DNA from: Amphiscolops sp. MND2022
Taxonomy: Eukaryota
Assembly: GCA_964187785.1 (NCBI GenBank)
Contig: OZ076417.1
Coordinates: 22,816,001 to 22,880,000 of the forward strand
Reading direction: 5' to 3'
Length of the DNA: 64,000 nt
This document shows, piece after piece, positions 23,954 to 35,242 of the stretch. The notes below the pieces were generated by a model. The model saw only the letters and a list, made by a program, of their open reading frames with translations. It ran no database searches and was not told the DNA's origin. The position numbers and the translations under genes were made by a program. Position 1 is the stretch's first letter. Every line of letters begins with the position of its first letter.

Positions 23954-25445
23954 TCAATTTTCTTCTTCGTCTGCCAGGAATAAAAGTTGTTCTTCGTCAG
24001 CAACGTCTGATGATTGTAGGTTGACCTCTATTGGTGATGTTAGGATGTCGTCACGTAATTGCAGTTGCACTTCTTCTTTTGGGGTGAGTTCGAGTCTTGA
24101 TAGAAAGTCTGCCGCCGTATTTTGGGAGCCTGCTACGTGCATTATACGGAATTTGAATTGGTGGACATAGTCGCAGGCGTTCCACAGTGCAGGTGGCGCG
24201 GTTTTTCTTTGGAAAAATCTCGTCACCGAACGGTTGTCTGTCAGGACCAGTGTGGTATCGTTGATTCCCATAAGATGTGATTATATTCAAGGAATGAATG
24301 GTTTATAGGCAAAAATTTGTTGCAGTAAATTGACATTTCAGTTGTGCGGGTGAGAAAACACGCTATCTAAACGCTACTGGTACGAAGGTTTTCTTTTTAG
24401 AGATTTTTTTCCGTTCGTCGTTTTCTTCAATCATAAGAGCGTAGCCTGATGCACGAAAACTTGCATCCGTCACTAAGACGTATTGTTTGCCTGCTATGGG
24501 TTGTCTGAGTGTCACTCCACAGGCCTCCGCTAGACTGGCGTTGATTTCTCTGAAATTGTCGACGAGTTCTTCCGAAATTCTGATTTTGGAGTCGGCTTTT
24601 GGAAGTTCGTACATACCGATGAGTTTTTCTGACAGCCGCGGTATGTAATTTTGGCAGTAGTTTACGAAGCCAATGTATTTTTGAACTTGTTGTTTGGATT
24701 TTGGGGAACGAAGTTTGGAGAGAAAGTTTTTGACTTTTTGGTCCTGCGGGGCTACTCAGTCTGGAGTGATGGTTCTTCCGATGAATTCCACTTGTGTTAC
24801 TCCAAAATGGCATTTTTCGATGGTCAATTTTAGTCCTGCTGTTCTGAAGCACTTGAAGACTGCTCTGCTGTTTTCGATGAGCTGTTCCGTTGTATTCGCG
24901 GCTATGCCAATATCGCCAACGTATTGTGCGCACTGATATGCTTTGATTACGGAGTCAAGATACACTCGCATGAAGCTCGAGAAGGCTGATAGGGCTCTGC
25001 TTAGTCCTTGGGGTAGGCGACGGTAGGTAAACGTCCTACCAGCAAAATTGAAAGCCAGTAATTCTCCTGACCTTTGGTTTGCCATTTGGAGGCAGTGGTA
25101 CGCCAGGGAGCAGTCGAGCTTGCAGAACAGTTTTTTCTCTGCTAGGTGTTGCGCCGCATCTGAAAGTGTGCTGACAGGGCAGTTGTTGTTAATGTAGGCA
25201 TCTGCGATGAGTGCTTTGATCTTGCGCAATTCCAGGAGTAGTCTCAGCTTGTCGTTGGGTTTCCGTTGTGCAAAGATAGAACTGGCATACTTGGAGAAGG
25301 GGAGTGTCGTAATTATGCCGTATCGGTACATGAGGGCTAGTTCCACCGTTAGGTCTTCTTTGAGATTGATCGGGACTGGTAGGCGTTGTGTGTACAAAGG
25401 TATGTCATCTTGTGGGGTTAGACTAACTTTAAATTGCGTATTCAT
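23954..25445 (-). pseudogene. pol: Gypsy reverse transcriptase plus RNase H, copy D (YVDD altered to YVGD)
   Basis: KLDCSLAYHCL, LPQGLSRA, AQYVGDIGIA, VTDASFRASGYAL, TDNRSV, ADFLSR. Confidence 0.93.
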
Positions 25446-25924
25446 CTCAATATCTAGTCTATGGCGAGCGAAGATATCATTGAATTCAGTAATTGTAGCT
25501 TCTAGGTTTTCACGATCTTTTCCCGTAATTAGTGAATCAGTCTATTTGAACATTGAGAGAAACTTGTTGCGGGATTCTGTGTTTTCAGTTGGATCGAGTA
25601 ATTCAAGTTCGGCTAGTTCCGGTAATTCTTTCAGGATTCTCTTCTGAATGGGCTAGTGTGCTTGTTCGTTTCCAGGGTTTTCTGGGGTTGGGAAACGAGA
25701 ATATCTCCTCGTTGTCTTCGGGTCGCTCCACTTGCATCAGCGCATTGATGTACGTTACAACATCGTCGTGTTCTGTTAGGAGGTTAAGTTGACCTTGCAG
25801 CTATGTCAACCGGACGGATCATTTTCGTTTCTTCCGGTTTCAGGATTTGTAGTTCAGCTTCTTTGGTGTCTGCGGGTATTGTATAAGGAAAGTCCGTTGT
25901 ATTGGCGATCTTTATTGCTACCTT

Positions 25925-26758
25925 TTAGTCTCTTGCAGTTGTTATTGCCGGGGCTAACATTAGTTTCGTGCATTCGTCGAACTGTGGTAGGGGTTGGATA
26001 GTCCCAGTTCTTGAGTGATCAGTAATCACTGGTATGGATGCGTAGACGATACGGGTAGAATGTGCAGGTATCGCGTGTTTTGCATCCGTTTTGATCACGA
26101 TGGGCTTGAGGTTGCATTTCTGCATTTCATCGGTGAGTGCCATTGTGATTTGGGTTTTTGGGAAGTCTTTTGTTCCTTGGGCTGTGTGTAGGATTGCTGC
26201 ATGTTTCCGCAGGAATGCTAGTCCTATGATGGGGAATGACGTCTGGTTCATGACAAAGAACGTTTCTTCAAAATTGTAATCCCCTCTTTTGAACCGTAGA
26301 GTGTACGTTGCAAGTGGTTGTGCTAGTTCAGCTTTAGCGTACTGAACTTTGAGGGGTGGTGGTGCCTTATTTATGACGCATTGGCTGGCAGCTTGTCTGA
26401 ACTTTTCAGCGTCCCTTTCACTAATAGCATTAATATACGCACCTGAGTCGACTAGCGCATCAATTTTGACGGTGTTGAATTCAACTGGTAGAAAGAGCAT
26501 GCGTTTTTTCTTTTTAAGGGCTATTGCCGACATTAACGGAATGTAGTCGTCGTCTTTGTCATGTTGGATGAGTTCTTTGATGACATCTAGATCTTCGGGT
26601 GGTGTTGGGTGACATTCTGCTGTTTCTTCGTGGTTGTTCGTCATTGCTGTGGCTGGCTCGGTTTGTGGTGGTGATGAGCAGAAGAAGCGTTCTCTCGCTA
26701 TGTTTTGCTTGTCGTGCCCATACCGTTTTGCCTTCAATGCAGATGATGTTTTCTGCAT
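25925..26758 (-). pseudogene. pol: Retropepsin-like aspartic protease, copy D
   Basis: VKIDALVDSGAYINAIS...FPIIGLAFL. Confidence 0.9.
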
Positions 26759-26812
26759 CTATTGGTGTGGACGTGATGGTGACTGGTACTGTCGAAGACG
26801 GTGCTGTCTTTT

Positions 26813-28594
26813 TCAGGATTGGCGACGGAGGTGATGGGAATTTTGTTGTTTCCGTTGACTGGGCTTGGGGTTTGGGACTTGAATCTTGAAGGAGAGTTTG
26901 TCCGTATCGTATATGGTCGGTTCATCCCATGGATCGCATCTGAAGTCCTTATCGTATATATAAATTCGTCCAGTTTTTGATTCTGGCAGAGGTCGTTTGA
27001 GTGTCGCATAGTTGTCGGGCGACTCCGTTATCCATTGGGGTTGTGGTGTTGGGTTTTCTGGGGGTCTGGCATTATGTCTGAGGATCATGCCTACGTTCCA
27101 GCGTCTCTTCCAATCTTGGGTTGGTTCTTCGTTGCATTCCGTCATGACATCATCTTCGTAGCGATTTGGGTATCTTCGATCGTATATGCCCTCGCGTCTA
27201 CAGTTTCCAGACGTCCAGAGAGGACGTGGTAGGCACGGGCTGTTCACTCATTTTGTTGGTTGGTATGGTAAATTCTCGCTTTCTTTTCCTGGGATCATTT
27301 GCCGCATTAGCTCCGTCCCAACAATTTTCACTTTTGTGCATTTTCCCTCACGTGTCGCACTTGGATTTTGGTACTTCATTTTGGTTTGAGTCAGCGGTGC
27401 CCGTTTTTGTTGCGTAATAGCGTTCTTTCCGTAGTCAGCGACCCTGTGCTTTGTAGTAGCTATATTTGCCACATTGGAAACAATAACCTCTCTGTTGCTG
27501 TTCCTTTTTGTGTTCCGTCACTACAGCGTCCACTGTGTTGAGTGGGACTAGGGTCTTTTCGTCAGGCGCGCCTAGTCCGTTTAATCGCATCTCTCGTTCG
27601 AGATGTAGGACTACATCGTTTTAGGGCTTGTCTTCTAGGTATGCCCTGTTGAGGATCTTTTTAACGTGATGCGGTATTTTTGCGTATATGACCCTGTCGC
27701 TTCAGAACCGAAGGCTTCTTTGGCAGTTTTCTGCAGAGTGTCCAGGAGTTTGTGGAGTTTTTGTTTTGTGGGTGTAAAATGCAGTGCATCCCATTCACAT
27801 CTAGCTTTTGCAGAGGATTGGAAATCCCCAAAACGACGTTTGAATGCCGTTATAACTTCTAGGATATCGTTTTTAGCATCCTCAAGATTGCAGTACGCTT
27901 GAAGTGCGTTTCCTCTAAGTAGCGAGTTGAAGTAGTTGATTTTTTGTATCTCAGTTAGATGAGGGTTTACTTTGATGTTATTTCGGAATAGGTCCTCAAA
28001 AAGTTCAAATTTCTCGGACTTACCATCGAAAACATGAAGCGAAGCAGTGAGTGCTTTCGGCATCGGGAGTAGATTGGAGGATGAGAAAGTTTCCAGCTGA
28101 GGCGAACAGTATTTTAGATGTTGAAGGACGCTCTTTTAGCGGTTCACTAGGTACACGTTGTTGTTTCGGTCGCTTTGTGGGTTGATTTTTAGAGTCATTG
28201 AGGACTCCTGTCACCATGTTACGACTGTTTACCGGAGTTGTTTTGAACTTAGTCGTAGTTGATATTTTTACAGGTGTTGACGTTCTAGCTACGGAGATGT
28301 TTTCTGTTTCAGAGTCAGAGTCTCGGTCTTCCAGATGAATGGGACGTTTTTTACTGAAAGGTGCTATTAGTTTGAGCATTTCCTTTGATTTTCTGCTAAT
28401 ATCTTTGCTAGATCAGACATAATTTCTTTTCTGAAAGACGTTATTGTTTCGCCTAAGTTCTCAGGTTGCATTCTAGGGGACTTGCTGGAACTTGCTACAA
28501 GGTTTTCAGGAGGATTATTTTCAGTTACTGAGGTCTCAAAATCTCCAGAAACTAGCTCAGCTACCGCTTTCATTTTCTGACTTCTAGCTGTCAT
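26813..28594 (-). pseudogene. gag: Gypsy gag, copy D (frameshifted)
   Basis: MPKALTASLHVFDGKSEKFELFEDLF; degenerate knuckle CFQCGKYSYYKAQ near 27460-27490; homologous to copy C gag. Confidence 0.87.
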
Positions 28595-29687
28595 TTTTCA
28601 GTTGAAAAATAGAGTCTCCGGCAAAAAGTGAATTCTTCGAAAAAGTTTTTTGTTTACCATTGGAACAACGGAATGGTTTAAGTTTATGGCAAATCACAAA
28701 GTTAATTAACTGAATTTAAATGTTTGATCTAGATATTTATATCTTCCTAGCATTATTTGTTCCTCACCTGAAAAATCCTAGGTAATACAAAATTCAGGTT
28801 CAAAAAGCGCTTATGATACAAATTATTTCAATCCTGCGTCAAAAATCAGGTATCGAAATTCCTAGTTGCGTCGCTATTCCGTAAAAACTTGTTTATATCA
28901 TTTTTGTTCAGGCAATTCCATTTGCTGTTTGAGCTTCAAAATTGCGGTGAAACAAAAAACTAGTTGATATTTTCATCACCGTAGCCAGGCCGGCGTGATC
29001 AATTAGTCAATTTCCAACTTAGGACGTTGATATTTGAAGCAAAAGCAAGAGAATGACTCGCAAAAATTCTGACGGAATTGAAACGGAGCAAAGAAAACTC
29101 GAGAACGTGAATATTTAGATGTTAACGGGGAACAAACGATGCTAAAAAGGCATAATGATGATCGACTACTTTTTTCATAAATTAGACGAATAACTTTACA
29201 TCAGAACTCACATTTGACCTATATGTGGTCTTACCGGAGTGAATACAAAAGTACAAACTTCGAAGTACAATTGAGTAGGCTAGTACCCATCGCAAACATC
29301 GGTTATTTAATGCACAAACTAACAGAATAATATTTAACATAATCATCAATTGGGATTCAGAGTGCCAGCGTCAACCATCAGGGTAATTTGGCTACCGAGA
29401 TAGCGCTTAGTTCTGAGCTGACGTTGATTTTACGTTACCTTCTGTGGAAAATCTCTTTGGTAGATTAGTTACTACTAAATGCATGAAAAATCCTAGTGTA
29501 ACGTAAGGTAAACATGACTATTGGATTAATGTAATAGCACAATATCATTGATGTGTAAAACATAGTTTCTAATTCTCCTCTACAGTACATCTTTCCTTGC
29601 ATGAAGAGTTATTTCTAAGATCCTTTTAGACGCGTTGATTAAAAAAAAATTCGTTTGAATTTCGTTTGAACTAATACTTTATGGCAA

Positions 29688-29811
29688 CAATCTTACAATT
29701 CGCTCCGTAGATACTCCGTACGTATTAAGATCAGTTATAGCTATTCAGCGGAATACAATCTTACAATCTGCTCCATAGTCGCTCGGTACGTATTAAGGTT
29801 AGGTATAGCTA
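29688..29811. repeat. Diverged tandem dimer, about 68-bp period
   Basis: caatcttacaattcgctccgtag...gtacgtattaagatcagttatagcta versus caatcttacaatctgctccatag...gtacgtattaaggttaggtatagcta. Confidence 0.8.
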
Positions 29812-30446
29812 AGCAGCAGTGGCTGACGGATAGAAAGCGGAGAGCTTAGTTGATTTCATTCTCATTCTCTCAGCTAGTTGGCGTTGCTAGGGGCAACTAA
29901 GAGCAGTTCTATTAGCTTGAGCTCAAATAATTCAGTTAAGGAGCGACGCTATTGGTCCGTAAAAACAGAAGCACCGGTTACTATCTTAGTTGAGTGATGC
30001 TGTCATAACGTTGTACACATTTGCTTAAAATCACTTGACTGCGATTTTAAGTGAGTATTTGACAACTACCTTAATACTGGAAAACAATTCCATTATACTT
30101 TTGTATGTTCTTTCATTTTATATTGTATGAACTCCGTTGAGATCACGGAGCTAAATGTTATCGTTGATAATTTCTTTTTAGGGTGGAGAAGAAAAAAATC
30201 ATCCCATTTTGGAAAATGTTTCTGTTTTAAAATTTAGGTCGGTATGGAAAGTTCAGAAGATTAGACCGGAAGTAGAGAGTAGCTTTACATGTGAAAACAT
30301 TAGACCGGAAGTTCTAGCTAATTTAAATCATTTCCAAAAATATTCCGTAACGCTTACGTTGAAATTCCTAGTTTTGGAAGAATATCTACAAGTAGCCTAG
30401 CTGTACTGTAAGTAAAATTAAATTGATTGTTTAACGGTACTTGCAG

Positions 30447-30514
30447 TAGCCGCGTCCTTTCCCTCTCCCCATCACGGAGTAGAAAGTGCAACCACGACCG
30501 GGAGCGGGTCGTGA
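30447..30514 (+). other. Putative terminal exon (AASFPSPHHGVESATTTGSGS*) after a 39-nt GTAAGT...TTGCAG intron (30408-30446)
   Basis: Canonical splice sites; same phase and same C-terminal motif as 11574-11677. Confidence 0.35.
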
Positions 30515-30529
30515 CATCGACATATTCTG

Positions 30530-31335
30530 TTGATAAAAAAATTTCCCACAGGCGAAAAAACTCCCACACTGTGATCAACATTTGGGAATGTGGGCGAAAA
30601 CATCTCCCTGGCGCTCAGAAAGTTTCATTTTGCCCAAAGTCTCACAGCGCCAAAAAATGTCCAACTTTGCCGAAAAGCCCTATTCCCGATATTATTACAT
30701 TGCTGACGTTATTAGCTGTTTTTGTTCTTTGACAGTTACACTTTTCCTATGTTTATACTTTGACGAAGCTATAGCATATCTTGATATATCAGAAGACACT
30801 CGTTTCCATACCTTTGTACATTGAGACGAGTCGTCTGCCAATCAGAATCGAGCACGAAACATCAGTCGGAATTGTGGATAAACTATACCGATGGCAAATA
30901 TATTATTCCGCAGGCGGATAAAATTTTCCGCATGCGAAGAAAATATTGCGGGGGCGGGTAAAATTGTTCCCGACGGCGGCTGGCATCCAAAAACAGCAAT
31001 TTTACCCAAAGTCTCACAGTGCCGAAAAACTCTACAACCTATCATAATACATTGCCGAATCTATTCCCGAAATAGATTCGGCAATGTATTATGATAGGTT
31101 GTAGGGTTCCAATCTTTATACAGCACATCTTTATACGTTAGCAAACAATCGGTTCCATACCTTTATGCATTGAGTCTAGTCATCAGCCAATCAGAATCGA
31201 GCATGACCCGAGTCGGCAGCCAATGGGTACACACCCACACTACACGACTCGAGTCGTCAGAATCGAGCCTAAGCGAATCCAGGGGTGGAAGACCCTTCTC
31301 GGCTCGTGCCGAGTCGCTATAGCCTATCTTAAAAC
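30530..31335. repeat. Diverged tandem duplication (about 350-370 bp period) containing a perfect 34-bp inverted repeat at 31032-31104
   Basis: cccaaagtctcacag at 30633 and 31005; ttccataccttt...cattgag...gccaatcagaatcgagca at 30804 and 31153; perfect hairpin with a 5-nt loop. Confidence 0.85.
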
Positions 31336-31389
31336 ATGGAGGGTCTTCCAACCCCCCTCCCCCCCACGTGATCTGCTCATCCTCTTACT

Positions 31390-32570
31390 ACTCCTCTGTC
31401 AAGACCGAAATGACTTTCACCAAAAAACACAATATTGAAAAACCCAACAAAAAACGAAACGAAAAATCTAAAACACAGACTCCAAAGGCAGTACCCAGAA
31501 AGACCCTCAAAAATGACCAATGCCGTTACTGCAAAGTCACACGATGACTGATTGTCCCAAACTAGCCAAACGGCGTAAACTTGAGGAAGACCACAAAGCA
31601 GAAAAAAGTCCGAATTGTAACACACCAGACCATGAAGAGGGAAACTTTTTCCGGCGCAAACATGGAAAATCGCCCACCGAAGTGGAACCTAACAGAAGCT
31701 CAAAAAAAGTTTTTGAAACCTATAAACAAGCAAGAAAACCAATAAAACCTAAAATAGATCAATCACAACAATCCTCCTCTGAGGATTTAAACAAGAACGG
31801 CCACCTCCTAATGAACACCACTCTGAGTTAAACAACGCAAAACCACAGGACGACAGCCAGCGTCCAGTGGACACAATCATCATATTGTTCGAACAACTAA
31901 CTACAGAACCAGACTCAACACCCCAAGAAGCTCCAAACCTGCGAACTCCCACAAGAAGCTTTATATGAACTCTGGCGAGATGCACCTGACAACAACTTCA
32001 CCAACACTCCACAAAACACTTCATCAAACACAAACAACACACCCTAAACTCACAACACAAAAACTCTCTCTTGCAATGACCGCTTTTAGATGAAGACATC
32101 TCTAACCATATACTGTTTGACAAGGAACGAAATTTGTCATACTTACCAATTTCAACCTCGCTAACGATAAACGAAAACGCCACGTTTATCACATGCCAAC
32201 GGACATTGAACAACTCACGCTTGACGGTCTAATAGACACGGGAGCCCTCACACGCGCAATCTCTGAACAAGACCTCAACAAAATCAAATTACTTGCCAAT
32301 GCAGCAATAAAAGAAACTAGAACACTGCCAAATTTTCAAATCATGGTCGACAACAATCAGTTAGAGGTCCCCATTGGCACCGTTTTAGTTAAATTTGAAG
32401 TGCCTGCCTTCATGTTAAGAGAAAATTCTTTCATGGAAAATCTACCAAATCCCTTCATTGGCTTATGTTTCCTTAGAAGGAATAATGCCATCTTCAATGT
32501 CACCCAAGGCATCTTAACCTTTCCCAACCTCTCAATGCAACTTAAACCAGATACCCAAACATTGATTTTG
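31390..32570 (+). pseudogene. Isolated Gypsy fragment: gag C-terminus plus aspartic protease
   Basis: Knuckle remnant CRYCK..SHTMTDCPKL; LTLDGLIDTGALTRAIS...IGLCFL, similar to the family 1 protease. Confidence 0.85.
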
Positions 32571-33250
32571 TTTTCTGCAGATCACAGATGACGTCAACAG
32601 ATTGATACTCGGTTCTTTGAGTCTGGTTTATAATCTAATTTATAAATTAACACTGTTAAGTACAGTCCTGTGACAAAAGAATGGAACTCCTGTTTGGTAA
32701 TAAAGTTTGGCACGCCGAATGAGATTGTGACTTTTTCAAAACCTGTCACATTCCCGAAATATGATAGAAAGAAAAATATCTTGGATTTTTGTCTAGTTTA
32801 CATTCCTATAATTTTGGAAACACTAAAACGAATGAGACAAATTTGCGAGAAATAACTTTCACATGTAAATCTTTGGAAATTGAGTTTTGACCTAATAACT
32901 TGACAGATGTCATACTAAACAAAAATTGACACTTTATAATTAAGATGCTGACATTTACTAATGTTTTCAGTGAAAAAAAATTTTGTTATAAATCTTTGAA
33001 TGAGATGTAATCAAATGTAATCACTGAAGTAGATACGGTAACTCTATAATCAGAAGAATAACTCGAATCTTATATTCAAGAAGCCTTCTCATCTAAGAAG
33101 AGAAAGACCAGAATCTGAGATCTCAGTCATACTAGAACTTGTTGAAATCAAGATAGCTACGAACAGAGTTTTGCTCAAGACTTAGAAACTTTTTATGTGT
33201 AACTTGAAAAACCTAAAACGAAACTTATACACTGTTTTAAGTAGTGAATT

Positions 33251-33266
33251 TGGCGCGATCACGACA
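33251..33266 (+). promoter_or_regulatory. Candidate tRNA primer-binding site (TGGCGCGATCACGACA) just after the LTR-like segment
   Basis: A TGG-starting motif directly 3' of the LTR-like sequence and upstream of gag. The cognate tRNA is not verified. Confidence 0.55.
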
Positions 33267-33457
33267 ATTCTCTTCTCTCTTCCTCTTGTTCCTCAAATTT
33301 TCTCCTCCTGTAAATCTTTTCTCAACATCTTCATACGCTATTTCTGTGTTCGACACACAGTCTCTCATCCTCTTTTCATCATCTACCTAAAATTGGATTC
33401 GTGTTGATATGGTTCTGACTACATAACAAACGTAATTCCTGTCAGTTATTCTTCTGT

Positions 33458-33706
33458 TCCGTTCCAACCACTTTTAAAGTGATACGTGTTGGTAATTCTT
33501 TTCCGTTACAAACACAACGAAAGTGATTCGTGTTGGTTTAAATTACTCCGTTCCAACCCCCATAATGGTGATAGGTGTTGGTTGAAAAAAGTATCTCCGT
33601 TAAAACCACTGCATCAGTGATTCGTGAAGGTTTCATCTTAACGTTCCAACAGCAGACGTGCGATACTTGTTGGTTTTTTATTGTGCTATCCAGCGATCAC
33701 TGCTGG
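33458..33706 (+). repeat. Array of five ~45-bp hairpin-forming repeats plus a sixth short hairpin in the 5' leader
   Basis: Consensus tccgtt-CCAAC-cac-N7-gtg-at(a/t)c-gt-GTTGG-t; units start at 33458, 33502, 33547, 33596 and about 33640; CCAGC/GCTGG hairpin at 33690-33706. Confidence 0.85.
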
Positions 33707-35242
33707 TTTTTTTCAGGTTCTAGTCGTTCGAATCAACTCGTTTGCGTTGGCACACCTTTTGTACAACAAAGTTTTCATTCAACCATTTGTAGTACAACTC
33801 TTTAACACCTTCTCATTTATCATACATTCCTTTTTCCTAGACAGTGCTAACAATATTACAAGCAAAATATTTTACAAATTACGAAGGAACCACACATTAA
33901 AAGTACAAAGCTATATCATAATATAGATTTTGTTACAACCTATAATAACAGAACAATAATCATAGAACATTACATAACCCTTTCTATAAATGCCTTCAGC
34001 TGATGATCTAGTACACTTCTCTGGTTTTCCTTTGGATTTATCGCAGGTCTTGCTCTTTTCTTTGACAAATTTTTGGTTCCTTTTATACCCCAATTCTAAC
34101 ACAGTTTTCTACACAAACCCCAACACAGTTTTCTATCTATTTCACATTTCTAAAACTCTATGTTACTCAAAATAATACTCTCCTTTTTGGTCTTTTCGGA
34201 ATATACATTTTGTTCTTTGATACCATATGTAACTAATGAAATTTTACTCCTTTTTTATGCTCTTTTTCTATTTTCCTCCAAATCCTCTTTGTAGAACAAT
34301 TCTTCCCATGCCGTACAATTTTCAATACAGAATATCAAATTATCCACTACCTTCATCCTTTATTCAAACATAATAATGCTTTAAACAAACATATTTTTAT
34401 GCAAAACTAAAATCACACCTCCGATACAAAATGCTTCCAACTCCATTTCAACTGGCTTCACCTCAACATAGAAACGTACGTACGTACGTTCAATAACACA
34501 AGATATCAAACGACTTTTAGATATCCTTATCTTTCAAAACACAAAGGCACTTCCATTTGAAACAGAAGCACATTCCATTCATACACTTCCATTGTTGAGA
34601 GAACATTTGGACCCATAATTTTATTACATACTCTATGAACCTCTCGATAATAATACAGCGCAAAACCTATTTCAAAAAATTTTTAACCCAGTTTCCGACA
34701 TCAACTCTGGAACATATTATCGAACAGTTTATGCACAAAGTATTCCAATACCAATTCAAACTGTTTTTGTCACATAGTCAGACAAACAAATCGAATACAA
34801 TTAAAATCTAGACCACATCTTTTAAACAAACCATCTCACCTAGAGAGTTTTAAAGATAAACATGACTATTTCGATGTCAAGACGTCGAAACAAAAAGTAA
34901 AAGACAAGGAAACCCTCACTACTGGTTACAATAAGTGACACAATTCCAATACAATTTCTTCCAAATTATAAAAAGGCAGTGAAGATAGTATACCTTAAAT
35001 CAATATCTTCTCTCAATTTCTACTCAAGAATTTTTAGTTCAACTATCAATTACTCTGAAGAGAAGAAGATCAAGCTGCTTATATCAACTTTCCGCAAAAT
35101 TTCATAAGTACAGAACTTTGGCCGTTTATCATATAAGAAGAATGTAAACACTTTCTTCACAAAGATCCTACAACAGTGCAAACACCTTTTTTTGACATTA
35201 TCTCTTTTGATACTTTCTTCATTATAGAACACTCAGAAACAT

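Larger units (their letters stand above)
20403..28650 (-). mobile_element. Degenerate Ty3/Gypsy LTR retrotransposon, family 1 copy D (left end cut by the gap)
   Basis: gag-pro-RT-RH-IN fragments on the minus strand, collinear with and homologous to copy C, plus an antisense ORF on the plus strand. Confidence 0.93.

Noticed and set aside
28640-28670. PBS/LTR boundary for copy D (TGGTAAAC on the minus strand)
   Set aside because: It does not match a tRNA 3' end I can recognise and has no counterpart in copy C. LTRs of family 1 could not be defined.
33458-33706. CRISPR or bacterial terminator interpretation of the hairpin array
   Set aside because: The variable parts are only about 7 nt and the array lies in a retroelement leader; there is no prokaryotic context.
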